DNA of 64,000 bases from Kiritimatiellia bacterium (GTDB taxonomy: Bacteria; Verrucomicrobiota; Kiritimatiellia; CAIKKV01). The stretch is from NCBI GenBank assembly GCA_046484345.1, contig JAWOJA010000010.1, forward strand, positions 1,811 through 65,810, given 5' to 3'. A program made the position numbers and the translations under genes. Positions within the stretch are counted from its first letter, which is position 1. Every line of letters starts with the position of its first letter. The notes under the pieces were generated by a model that saw nothing but the letters and a program-made list of their open reading frames with translations, searched no databases and was not told the origin of the DNA. Shown piece after piece: positions 9,429 through 18,466 of this stretch.

Positions 9429-10163
9429 ATGAAACCCTGGTTCGAAGAACTCGATTACCGCCGCACGCCGATGGGCGAACTGGTTCTCCAGCGACGCCGG
9501 ATCGCCGAGATGGGCGACGCCGAGGCGTACGAGGTCAAGCTCAACAGCGAGTACCTCATGTCGAGCCTCTTCCACGAGGCGGAAGTGGCGCTGGCCGACC
9601 TGGCCCTGGCCCGCCTCCCGGGGTCGGACTGGGAGGTGGTCGTCGGCGGGCTGGGCCTCGGGTATACCGCCGCGGCGACCCTCGCGTTCAAACAGACGAA
9701 ACGTTTAGTCGTCGTCGAAGCCCTCGAGCCCGTCATCGATTGGCACTGCAAGGGGCTGGTGCCCAACGGCCCGCTTTTGTCCGACGACCCGCGCTGCGTC
9801 TATCACCACGCCGATTTCTTCGCATTGGCGCGCGGAAGCGGGTTCGACCCCGCAACGCCCGATTACCGGTTCGACGCCGTGCTCCTGGATATCGACCACA
9901 CCCCGAAGCACCTGCTGGCGGTCGGGCACACCGATTTCTACACCGAGGCCGGCGTGCGGCGGCTCGCGCGGTTTATCAAGCCCAACGGCGTGTTCGGGCT
10001 CTGGTCGAACGAGCCCCCGGATGACGCCTTCCTGGCCATCCTGACCCGGGTGTTCGGTCGCGCCGAGGGCCACGTTGTCGCATTCGACAATCCCCTCCAG
10101 AACAAACCCGCCTCCAACGGCATCTACGTGGCGGGGGGAGCCCTGTCTCACGGGGCCGTATAA
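9429..10163 (+). CDS. Spermidine/spermine-synthase-fold (PABS) aminoalkyl transferase-like protein, lacking the N-terminal tetramerisation domain
   Basis: 244 aa. VVVGGLGLGYTAAATLA resembles the GGGDGG SAM-binding loop. AVLLDIDHTP resembles the DSSDP catalytic motif of aminopropyltransferases. Confidence 0.6.
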   Translation: MKPWFEELDYRRTPMGELVLQRRRIAEMGDAEAYEVKLNSEYLMSSLFHEAEVALADLALARLPGSDWEVVVGGLGLGYTAAATLAFKQTKRLVVVEALEPVIDWHCKGLVPNGPLLSDDPRCVYHHADFFALARGSGFDPATPDYRFDAVLLDIDHTPKHLLAVGHTDFYTEAGVRRLARFIKPNGVFGLWSNEPPDDAFLAILTRVFGRAEGHVVAFDNPLQNKPASNGIYVAGGALSHGAV

Positions 10164-10849
10164 ATCAGGTACAATCCGCCCAGCAGGACCAGCCCGCCGC
10201 AGACCTTTTTCAGGATCACCGCGCCCCGGGAGTTCTCGGTCCAGTTCAGGTAATGCTGCACGACTTCCGTGAAAGTGCCGGCGAACACGATAACCGAGCA
10301 GTGGCCGATCCCGTAGAACAACAGCAGAAGAATGCCATAGGGCAGATTGGTCGCCGCCAGCCGGAAGGAGACCGCCAGCATCGGCGCCATGTAGGCGAAG
10401 GTGCAGGGTCCCAACGCGACGCCGAAGACCAGCCCCAGGACCAGGGCCGCCAGCATCCCCTTGCGTTTCAGGCCGGGTTGGGCCGCCCCGGGCATGGGCA
10501 GGCGGATGACGTCGAGCAGGTAGAGGCCGACCACAAAGAAAATGAGGGCCACCCCGTAGTTCCCCCAGCGCCCGACATCACCCATCATCCGTCCGGCCGC
10601 CGCCGTGAGCGCCCCGATCAAGCCGATGGTGACCAGGATGCCGGCGGAAAACAGAAGCGAGATCGCGAAGGCCCGCCGGGTCGGCATCTGGCCCTGCTGG
10701 TCAATGAACCCCACGATCAGCGGGATGCTGGCCAGATGGCACGGACTCAGCAGGATGCTGAGCACGCCCCAGACGAAGGCGGCGCCCAGCGCCACGCCGG
10801 CCGATCCTTCAACCGCGCGGGAGAGTGCCGTAAATAATTGTTCCAGCAT
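10148..10849 (-). CDS. ccdA: Cytochrome c biogenesis / thiol-disulfide transporter CcdA (DsbD transmembrane-domain family)
   Basis: 233 aa from ATG 10849 (GGGAGG RBS). Polytopic membrane protein with the two conserved Cys in TM regions (LLSPCHLASIP ... ALGPCTFAY). Confidence 0.8.
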   Translation of the reverse strand: MLEQLFTALSRAVEGSAGVALGAAFVWGVLSILLSPCHLASIPLIVGFIDQQGQMPTRRAFAISLLFSAGILVTIGLIGALTAAAGRMMGDVGRWGNYGVALIFFVVGLYLLDVIRLPMPGAAQPGLKRKGMLAALVLGLVFGVALGPCTFAYMAPMLAVSFRLAATNLPYGILLLLFYGIGHCSVIVFAGTFTEVVQHYLNWTENSRGAVILKKVCGGLVLLGGLYLIYTAP

Positions 10850-10864
10850 ATAGCCTCCCACAGG

Positions 10865-11353
10865 TTAAAACTCGACGCCCAATTCCTTCCACTTGCCCAG
10901 AATGTCTTCCTTGCCGTAGAAACCCTCATGCCGGAAGAGCTCCTTGCCGTCGGCGCCGAAGAAGATCTGCGTCGGGATCATGTTGACCCCGTATTTTTTC
11001 CCCTCCTCCGGATTTTCCCATACATCGATAAACGTGATATCGAGTTTCCCGGCGTAGGTTTTCTTGAGGTCTTCCAGGATCGGCGCCATCAGCTTGCAGG
11101 GAATGCACTTGGTCGCGCCGAGATCCACCAACCGGGGCAGGGCCTTCCCCTGCTCAACCGCTGCCGGCACAACGGCAGAAGCGACGCTCGCCGCCGGCGC
11201 GTTCCCCGCGGCCTTGTTTTTCCACGCGCTTTTGGCCATCAGCACCCCGACAACCGCCAGGGCCAGAACGATCCACATCCACTTCGACGACCCGCCGCCG
11301 CACCCGCCGCCGCCGCACCCGCAACTCCCGCCCTGCTTTTCACAATTGCTCAT
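10865..11353 (-). CDS. Membrane-anchored thioredoxin-fold protein (TlpA/ResA-like, CxxC = CIPC) with a Cys/Gly-rich N-terminal tail
   Basis: N-terminus MSNCEKQGGSCGCGGGGCGGGSS, then a TM helix (WMWIVLALAVVGVLM), then a thioredoxin domain with TKCIPCK. Confidence 0.75.
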   Translation of the reverse strand: MSNCEKQGGSCGCGGGGCGGGSSKWMWIVLALAVVGVLMAKSAWKNKAAGNAPAASVASAVVPAAVEQGKALPRLVDLGATKCIPCKLMAPILEDLKKTYAGKLDITFIDVWENPEEGKKYGVNMIPTQIFFGADGKELFRHEGFYGKEDILGKWKELGVEF

Positions 11354-11363
11354 AGGTGTGCTC

Positions 11364-11597
11364 CTAAACTAAATGCTTCTTGATATCGTCCGCGCTCAAC
11401 ACCCGGCCCGCGCTCTTGACCTGGCCGTCCACGACTAGCGCCGGCGTGGTCATCACGTTGAACTTCATGATGTCCATGATCTTCTCGACCTTCTCGATCT
11501 GGGCCTCAATGCCCAGCGCCTGGACGGCCGCTTGCGTGTTCGCGAACAGCGTCTTGCACTTCGGGCAGCCTGTTCCCAGTATCTGTATTTTTTTCAT
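11364..11597 (-). CDS. Small thioredoxin-like protein (redox-active disulfide protein 2 / TM0996-like), CPKC active site
   Basis: 77 aa, MKKIQILGTGCPKCK... This family typically accompanies COG0701 permeases and ArsR. Confidence 0.75.
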   Translation of the reverse strand: MKKIQILGTGCPKCKTLFANTQAAVQALGIEAQIEKVEKIMDIMKFNVMTTPALVVDGQVKSAGRVLSADDIKKHLV

Positions 11598-14500
11598 GTT
11601 TCTTTCCTTCCGGTTAAAATTAAATAAAGGCAGGGCATCAGGAACAGCGCAACCAGGATTTCCATGGTCAAGCCTCCGATGGCAGCCACAGCCATGGGCT
11701 TGAGCAAGTCGCCCCCCTCGCCGAAGTTCAGGGCCAGCGGGACAAAACCGGCGATGGTGCTGACGGTGGTCATGACACGCGGCCGCAGCCGGATCTTCGC
11801 GGCCTTCAGCACCGCCTCGAAAGGCCGCAAGCCTTCCGTGACCCGCAACTCTTCGGCGAAGCTGAGCAGCAGCACGCCATCGTTGATCGCCGCCGCAATC
11901 ACGATGAAGACGCCGATGGCCACGGTGGCGCCCACGGGCATATGGGCAAGCCCGAGGGCGTAAACCATGCCCGCCAAACAGAACGGAACCGAAATCAACA
12001 TGATCAACGGCAGGCGGTAGCTCTCGAACTGGATGGCCAGCACAACAAAGGCGAAAAACAGGGCGAACCCGAGGATCAAGACCATGGTGCGGGCGTTTTC
12101 GGCCATCATCTGCGCCTGGGCGCCCATGGCGAATGACACGCCCGAAGGCAAGGGCATGGCCGCGACCGCCTCCCGCGCCCGGCGCGTGGCTTCCCCCACG
12201 CTGATTCCCGCGGCATCCGCGCGGACAATAACCTGCTTGATCTGGTTCTCGCGGGCGATCTCCACGGGTCCCACCGCCCGGCGGACTTCCGCCAGGTCGC
12301 TCACGTAGAGCGGCCGGCCTCCCCGCGATTCCAGAACGAGATTCTCCAAATCCTCTTTGCCGGCAATCTTCGCCTCGGGCACCATCACGCGGATATTATA
12401 ATATTCGCTGCCCTCCCGGTAGGCGGTGGAAACCACGCCGCCCACCAGGCCGCGCAGAGTGTCCGCCACCTTCCCGACGGGAATGCCCAGGGCCGAGGCG
12501 CGAGCGCGGTCCACATAAACGCGGTATTCCGGCTTCGTCATGTCCATCGAAATATTGACGCCGCCCAGGCCGGGCGTCTCGCCGAGCCGGGCCGCCGCCT
12601 GCCGGGCGAAGTCATAGATCGGCAGCACATCGGCGCCCTGAACCTTGATTTCGACATCCTGCAGCCCGATCTTGCGGATTCCCTTGATCGGCATGCTCAT
12701 CACCGGAAGCTTCGCGCCGGGCGCCACGACCTTTCCGACCAGCGGCTTGATCTTTTCAATGAAGGCTTCCGTGCCGATAGTTCGTTCTTTTTTGGGAACA
12801 AGCTGGATGTTCACCTCGCCCTCCTGGGCGATCTCATAGGTGGCCAGACCCCAGACCCGCCCGCCCGCCATCGTGAAGACGCTCCGCACCTCCGGCAGGC
12901 CCCGGACCCGCTCTTCAACCTGCGCCAGGATCCGGTCGGTTTCGCCGACAGCGGTTCCGGCGGGCATCTTGAGCTTCACCATCACGCGGCCATCATCCAC
13001 CTTGGGCAGGAATTCCGAGCCCACCCGGGGCATCAACCACCCCGCGAACCCGAGGGCCGCCAGGAACAGGACCAGCACGGCCCACCGGAAACGCAACACC
13101 GGGCGCAGGCTCGCGCCGTAGGCGTCGGTCGCCCGTTCCACGATCCGGTCAAAGCCCTTCGCGGGCAGGCCCGCCGACGCGCTCCGTCTGACCCGCAGCA
13201 GCCGGTCCGCCAGGAAAGGGGTAAGCGTGGCGGCTACCAAGTACGATATCAGAACGATTCCGGCCACCACCAGCACCAGTTCCTTGAACAGCAACGAGGC
13301 CATGCCCGGCACAAAGAGAAAGGGCAGAAAGATGACCAGGAACGCCACGGTGGAGGCGATCATGGCCGGCCCGACTTCCGCCGTCGCCCGGACGGTCACG
13401 TTCCCGCCGGGCTCGCGGCCGGCAACCTCCTCCTCGTGCCGCATCCGCGTGATGTTCTCCAGCACCACGATGGAGTTGTCGAGGATCACGCCGAGCGCCA
13501 CAACCAGCCCGCCTAGCGAAAACAGGTTCAGCGAAAACCCGGCCAGCCGCATGAAAAAGAAATTGGCCAGCAACGTCACCGGCAGCGCCACGAGCATCAC
13601 GACGATCTGGCGCCAGTGCCCGAGAAAGAAATAGGTGACAAGAATGACCAGGATGGCGGCCAGCACGGCCGAGTCGCGCACGCTCAGAATCGCGCCCAGG
13701 ACATAGTCCCCCTGGCTCTCCACCACGCCGAATTCGATGTCCGCCGGAATTTCGGCGCGCAACGCGGCCAGCTTCGCCTTCACCGCCTGGGTCACCCGGA
13801 CCGTGTTCGCCTCCGCCTGCTTCAGCACGTTGACCTTCACGCACGGCCGGCCGTTGAAACGGGTGTTGACCCGCAGCTCCTCGTGCGCGTCCTCAACCGT
13901 GGCGACGTCGCGGACATAAACGAGGGCGTCCTGATTGCCGCGCGCAACGGCCGTGTCGCGGATTTCGTCAAGGTTCTCAAACTCCCCCATGGTGCGGGCG
14001 ATTATTTCCTTTGTCTCCACCGTCACGCGGCCGGCGAAAATCTGCCGGTTCCCGCTGTGCAGCGCCTCGGCTACGCGCTCCGGAGAGACCCCCCGGGCAT
14101 TCATGCGCTCGGGATCGAGGTGGACCCGGATTTCCCGCTTGAGCCCGCCTATTACCTCCGCGCCGGCCGTTCCGTCAACGGCGCTCAGCCGGTCCACCAG
14201 CCAGTTGTCGGCCCAATCCCGGAGCCAGACCAGGCTGCGCCGGTCGGAGGCGAGGGTGACCTCCATGACCGGCAATTGCGAAGGGTCGGCCTTCATGATC
14301 ATGGGAGGCTCCATGCCCGGGGGAAGCTGCGGGTTCACACGCCCCATGACCGCCATAACGTCCTGGTAGGCGACATCGACATCGGTGCCGTAGCGGAAAT
14401 TGACCAGCAGGGTATACATGCCCTCGATGCTGGAGGAATCGAGGTAGTCCAGGTCGTCCACCGTGGCCATGGCGCGTTCGACGGGCTCGGCGAGGTTGGT

Positions 14501-14680
14501 CTCGATTTCCTCGGGCGTGGCCCCGCGCCACCAGACATGGATCTTCACCATCGGGTAGGTGATTTCGGGCAGGTAGTCGACGTCCAGCCGGGCCATTCCA
14601 AACCAGCCGAGGACCATGGCGGCAACGGACAGCACGGTCATGGCCACCGGATGCTTCAGGCTCAGCTCCGTGATTTTCAT
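11594..14680 (-). CDS. RND efflux transporter permease subunit (AcrB/HAE-type)
   Basis: 1028 aa, 12-TM RND architecture. TM4 region LGVILDNSIVVLENI is HAE-like rather than heavy-metal-efflux-like. Confidence 0.9.
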   Translation of the reverse strand: MKITELSLKHPVAMTVLSVAAMVLGWFGMARLDVDYLPEITYPMVKIHVWWRGATPEEIETNLAEPVERAMATVDDLDYLDSSSIEGMYTLLVNFRYGTDVDVAYQDVMAVMGRVNPQLPPGMEPPMIMKADPSQLPVMEVTLASDRRSLVWLRDWADNWLVDRLSAVDGTAGAEVIGGLKREIRVHLDPERMNARGVSPERVAEALHSGNRQIFAGRVTVETKEIIARTMGEFENLDEIRDTAVARGNQDALVYVRDVATVEDAHEELRVNTRFNGRPCVKVNVLKQAEANTVRVTQAVKAKLAALRAEIPADIEFGVVESQGDYVLGAILSVRDSAVLAAILVILVTYFFLGHWRQIVVMLVALPVTLLANFFFMRLAGFSLNLFSLGGLVVALGVILDNSIVVLENITRMRHEEEVAGREPGGNVTVRATAEVGPAMIASTVAFLVIFLPFLFVPGMASLLFKELVLVVAGIVLISYLVAATLTPFLADRLLRVRRSASAGLPAKGFDRIVERATDAYGASLRPVLRFRWAVLVLFLAALGFAGWLMPRVGSEFLPKVDDGRVMVKLKMPAGTAVGETDRILAQVEERVRGLPEVRSVFTMAGGRVWGLATYEIAQEGEVNIQLVPKKERTIGTEAFIEKIKPLVGKVVAPGAKLPVMSMPIKGIRKIGLQDVEIKVQGADVLPIYDFARQAAARLGETPGLGGVNISMDMTKPEYRVYVDRARASALGIPVGKVADTLRGLVGGVVSTAYREGSEYYNIRVMVPEAKIAGKEDLENLVLESRGGRPLYVSDLAEVRRAVGPVEIARENQIKQVIVRADAAGISVGEATRRAREAVAAMPLPSGVSFAMGAQAQMMAENARTMVLILGFALFFAFVVLAIQFESYRLPLIMLISVPFCLAGMVYALGLAHMPVGATVAIGVFIVIAAAINDGVLLLSFAEELRVTEGLRPFEAVLKAAKIRLRPRVMTTVSTIAGFVPLALNFGEGGDLLKPMAVAAIGGLTMEILVALFLMPCLYLILTGRKET

Positions 14681-15741
14681 GACGGCGGCCTCCCCTTTTC
14701 GCCCATGACCCGAACGGGCAGGCCCTCCTTCAGCGCTTCCTGGCCCCGTGTGACGACTCTTTCGCCCGCCTCGAGCCCGCTCTCGACGGCGATAAAGCCG
14801 CCCGCCTCCAGGGCCACCTTCACGGGGCGGCGCACGGCGGTTTCCCCGCTCAGCACAAAAACCACGTTCTCGCCGCCGGGGAGCACCACCAGCGCCGCCT
14901 CGGGCGCCACAACGGCGTCCTTCACGGTGCGCAGGGGCGCTTCCACGCGGGCAAACAGGCCGCTCAGCAGCCGGGCCTCCCCGCGCAGCTCCGCTTCAAC
15001 GGTCACCGTCCGGGTGGCTCGTTCCAGTTCCGGGTAAATACGAACGACCTCCGCCGGGATGCCGCGCCCGGGATAGGCGTCCAGCTTCACCCGCACGGCG
15101 GCGCCGGCGTGGATGAACGGCATATCTTTTTCGGGAACAGGAAAGCGGACCACCAGGCTGGCGGGATCGTACATCTCGACCAGCGGCGTGCGCGGCGAGA
15201 CGTAATTGCCGTCGGCGATCCAGATTTTGGACACGACTCCCGCCCAGGGGGCCTTGATTTCATAATCGCCCGCGCCCGTTTCCATGGCCGCCACCTGGGC
15301 CTCCGCGCGCTTCAGGTTGGAACGGGCCGCCTCGATCTGCTCGCCAGCCAGCGAGCCGCTCTTCACCAGCTGCTCCACCCTCTTGTACTCCGCCGCCTGC
15401 CGCCGCAACTCCTCGCTGGCGGCCTCCAGGGCCGTGTCCGCCATGCGGCTGCGGCCCACCCGGGCCAGCAACTGCCCGGCCTCGACGCGGTCGCCTTCGC
15501 GCACCGCGCACGCCATGATCGGGCCCTCCGCGGGCGAGGCCATGCGGGCGACTTTCACCGGTTCGATCGAGCCGGTGTAAAGCATCACGCGGGACAAATC
15601 CCGCTTTTCCGCCATAACGGCCTGCACCACGACGACCGGCTTCTTGGCCGGCTCTGTCCTGGAAGATTCCGTTTTTCCGCAACCCGCCGCCAGCAGGGCC
15701 AGCGCGAGGCCCAGCACCGAAATGGAAACCTGTTTTTTCAT
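14677..15741 (-). CDS. RND efflux periplasmic adaptor (membrane fusion protein), lipoprotein
   Basis: Signal peptide plus lipobox (LLAAGCG), followed by a biotinyl/lipoyl-like hairpin and beta-barrel regions typical of HlyD/AcrA proteins. Its end overlaps the RND permease start. Confidence 0.85.
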   Translation of the reverse strand: MKKQVSISVLGLALALLAAGCGKTESSRTEPAKKPVVVVQAVMAEKRDLSRVMLYTGSIEPVKVARMASPAEGPIMACAVREGDRVEAGQLLARVGRSRMADTALEAASEELRRQAAEYKRVEQLVKSGSLAGEQIEAARSNLKRAEAQVAAMETGAGDYEIKAPWAGVVSKIWIADGNYVSPRTPLVEMYDPASLVVRFPVPEKDMPFIHAGAAVRVKLDAYPGRGIPAEVVRIYPELERATRTVTVEAELRGEARLLSGLFARVEAPLRTVKDAVVAPEAALVVLPGGENVVFVLSGETAVRRPVKVALEAGGFIAVESGLEAGERVVTRGQEALKEGLPVRVMGEKGRPPS

Positions 15742-17072
15742 GGAATCCCGTCTCCCACCGCCAGTTTACGCCGGGCGTCGGCCAGGACCAGGTCCGCAAA
15801 AGCGCGGGCCTGGGCCGTTTCCTGAAGCACCTGGGCGGATTGGGCGTCCAACACGTCCGTCAGCGTGCCCTTGCCCAGGTCATACTTTTCCTTGATAAGC
15901 CGAAAGCTCTCCCGCGCCTGCTCAACCGATTGAGACAGAATCGCCACCCGCTCGCGGGCGGAGGTGATGTCTGCCAGGGCAGTTTCAACCTCATACCGGA
16001 CTTGCAGTTCCAGCTTGCGCACCCGTTCCCGCGCGGAGTTAAGCTTGGCGGTCTGTTCGCGGACACGGGCCGCCGTGAGGCCGCCTTCGAACAGCGGCCA
16101 TTCCGCCACAAGCCCGATGCGGCCCACATCCTGCGCCTCGTCCGCGCCCGCCGGCCGGACGGCCGGATCCGGCATCCAGCGCTCGCCGTAGGCGGCCTGG
16201 AGCGAGACGGTCGGCCGGTAGCCGGCGCGGGTCGACTCCACCGCCCGCTCCTGGGCGGCCACGCTGTGCCGGGCCGCGGCATAATCGACTCGCCGGGCAA
16301 GCGCCTGCCGCAGGCAGGCCGCTGCGTCCGGACACGACGGAGCCTCAAGAGCCCGAAGCTCCCCGGCGATTTCGGGGGACTGGGGCGACTCCCAGCCCAG
16401 AACGGCCGCGAAGGCGCGCTGCTGCGCCGTCAAGCCGTTGCGCTCGCGGCTGAGAATCTCCCGCAGGGCGGCCAGACGCACTTCCGCGCGCAACAGATCC
16501 ACGCGCGCCGCCTTTTGCGCGTCCATTTGTTCGGCAATGGAGCGGCGCTGTTCTTCCATGGCCTGAACGGCCGATTCAACGGAGGCAATCACCTCTTTCT
16601 GGGCCAGCAAGCCGTAAAACAGAGCCGTCACATTGTAGATGAGGCCTTCGCGGGTCCGCGCCAGCTGGCCTTCCGCCGCCAGCCGGAGCAACTCCGTCCC
16701 TTTGATTTCGCTCGTCACGCGGCCCCCGGTGTAAAGCGGCAGGCTCAACACCAGCTCCGCGCCCCACACATCGGGGCCGAAGACGCCCGCCTCACCGTTG
16801 GCGGTGGCCGGGAAAAGCCGCTGATCTTCCGTGGAGGCGTCATAGGCGGCGCGCGTCTTCAGCACCGGAAGGCGGGCCGACCGGGCCTGTTCGGCCCGCC
16901 CCGCCGCCTCGTCCACCCGCCATTCACTCTCCAACGCATCGGGATTTCCGGTCAGAGCCCGCTCAATGGCCCGCGACAAGGTCAGCGGTTCGCTCGTCAC
17001 TTGCGCCATGGCTGTGACAGCGAACACAACGACCGCGGCAATCATAATTGTCCTGATCAGGTAATTTTTCAT
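15738..17072 (-). CDS. Outer-membrane efflux protein (TolC/OprM family)
   Basis: Real start at internal ATG 17072 (MKNYLIRTIMIAAVVVFAVTAMAQ signal peptide). Repeated coiled-coil/beta-barrel halves are typical of the outer-membrane factor family. The track ORF's 229-aa N-terminal extension overlaps the upstream permease gene and is spurious. Confidence 0.8.
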   Translation of the reverse strand: MKNYLIRTIMIAAVVVFAVTAMAQVTSEPLTLSRAIERALTGNPDALESEWRVDEAAGRAEQARSARLPVLKTRAAYDASTEDQRLFPATANGEAGVFGPDVWGAELVLSLPLYTGGRVTSEIKGTELLRLAAEGQLARTREGLIYNVTALFYGLLAQKEVIASVESAVQAMEEQRRSIAEQMDAQKAARVDLLRAEVRLAALREILSRERNGLTAQQRAFAAVLGWESPQSPEIAGELRALEAPSCPDAAACLRQALARRVDYAAARHSVAAQERAVESTRAGYRPTVSLQAAYGERWMPDPAVRPAGADEAQDVGRIGLVAEWPLFEGGLTAARVREQTAKLNSARERVRKLELQVRYEVETALADITSARERVAILSQSVEQARESFRLIKEKYDLGKGTLTDVLDAQSAQVLQETAQARAFADLVLADARRKLAVGDGIP

Positions 17073-18466
17073 CGCATGATTTCGCCAAAAACCAGCCCCG
17101 TAATGGTCGACATCAAAACAACCAGGCCGACAAAAGTCAGCGTTTTGCGCGGCCCGAGAATGGAATTGATTACGATCATGCTGGGCAGGGAAAGGGCGGG
17201 GCCGGCCAGCAGGAGCGATAGCGCCGGGCCCTGGCCCATGCCGCTGTCCATCAGCCCGCGCAAAATGGGCACCTCGGTCAAGGTCGCGAAATACATCAGC
17301 GCCCCGGTTATGGAAGCGAAGAAATTGGTCCAGACGGGCCAGATGGCGGACAGCCAGCCGGGCAGGGCCGCGCCCTCGCCAACAAATCCCCAGAAGACGG
17401 CCGGCGAATCCCCCACGAGCGCCTGGATCCATCGGTTGGGAACGATGCCGGCGTCGATCGAATCGGGGCTGCCCAGGAAAAATCCCGCTGCGAGAACGCC
17501 GCCGAACAGCAGCGGGAGGATCTGTTTGGTGAATCCCCAGGTCTGGTCCCGCCAATCCTTGAGCTCCGTTCCCCCGCAAAATGTGAGGCTGGCCAATCCA
17601 GCCGCCCCGGCGGCAAAAGCGGCCACCGGATAGCCGGGGAATACCAGGGCCAGAATCACGGCCGGCACGGCAGCCAGGACGATCCAGAGCAACCGCACCC
17701 GGAAGAACCGCCACAAACAACCCGCCATGAGCACGGCAAACAGGCTCGTCACCAGCCATTTGGCCTTAAATATGGCATGCCAGATCCCGGTCTGTTCGAT
17801 CGGCCTGCCCCAGTTGGCGAACACCAGGATGCCCACCATGGAAAAGAAATAGAGGGCCACCTGCCAAAGAGGGCGGTTGCCCTTTTCGTCGCCCTCCAGA
17901 AAGATATCCTGCGCTTGCGCCGCCTTCGCCCGCTCCTCTTTCAGGAAAATAAGGTGCATCAGCAGGCCAATGACCACACTGAACACAACGGCCCCGATCG
18001 CCCGGGCGACACCCAACTGCCAGCCCAGCACGCGGGCGGTCAGCACGATGGCCAGGACATTGATGGCCGGGCCCGAGTAGAGGAAGGCAATGGCCGGGCC
18101 GAGGCCCGCGCCGCGCATATAAATCCCGCCGAACAGCGGAAGCACCGTGCAGGAACAGACGGCGAGGATGGCGCCGGATACCGATGCGACGGAATAGGAG
18201 AGCCACTTCGGGGCCTTGTGGCCGAAATACTTCATCACCGCGTTCTGACTCACGAACACCCCGATGGCGCCGGCGATGAAAAAGGCCGGCACCAGGCACA
18301 ACAGGACGTGTTCGCGGGCGTACCACTTCGCCAGCTTGACCGATTCAATGAGCGCGCCCTGAAAACGGGCCGCCTCGATGGGCAGGTAATACAGGAGCGC
18401 AAAAAGTCCGATCAACACGGCGAGAATTTTAAGTTCCTTGCGACCTTCTTCGTTCACGTCCGACAC
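17069..18466 (-). CDS. Permease, COG0701/DUF318 family with a conserved CSC motif (ArsP-like organoarsenical-permease relatives)
   Basis: 465 aa, polytopic. Motif AILAVCSCTVLPLF. ATGA overlap with tolC. The start overlaps the arsR2 3' end. Confidence 0.7.
   Translation of the reverse strand: MSDVNEEGRKELKILAVLIGLFALLYYLPIEAARFQGALIESVKLAKWYAREHVLLCLVPAFFIAGAIGVFVSQNAVMKYFGHKAPKWLSYSVASVSGAILAVCSCTVLPLFGGIYMRGAGLGPAIAFLYSGPAINVLAIVLTARVLGWQLGVARAIGAVVFSVVIGLLMHLIFLKEERAKAAQAQDIFLEGDEKGNRPLWQVALYFFSMVGILVFANWGRPIEQTGIWHAIFKAKWLVTSLFAVLMAGCLWRFFRVRLLWIVLAAVPAVILALVFPGYPVAAFAAGAAGLASLTFCGGTELKDWRDQTWGFTKQILPLLFGGVLAAGFFLGSPDSIDAGIVPNRWIQALVGDSPAVFWGFVGEGAALPGWLSAIWPVWTNFFASITGALMYFATLTEVPILRGLMDSGMGQGPALSLLLAGPALSLPSMIVINSILGPRKTLTFVGLVVLMSTITGLVFGEIMR

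Noticed and set aside
13616-17633. Plus-strand ORFs 13616-15037 and 15840-17633 opposite the RND/MFP/TolC genes
   Set aside because: Antisense shadow ORFs without domains. The minus-strand genes are unambiguous.
15738-17759. 673-aa version of the TolC-like ORF
   Set aside because: The N-terminal 229 aa overlap the COG0701 permease gene on the same strand and are low-complexity. A signal peptide begins at the internal ATG 17072.
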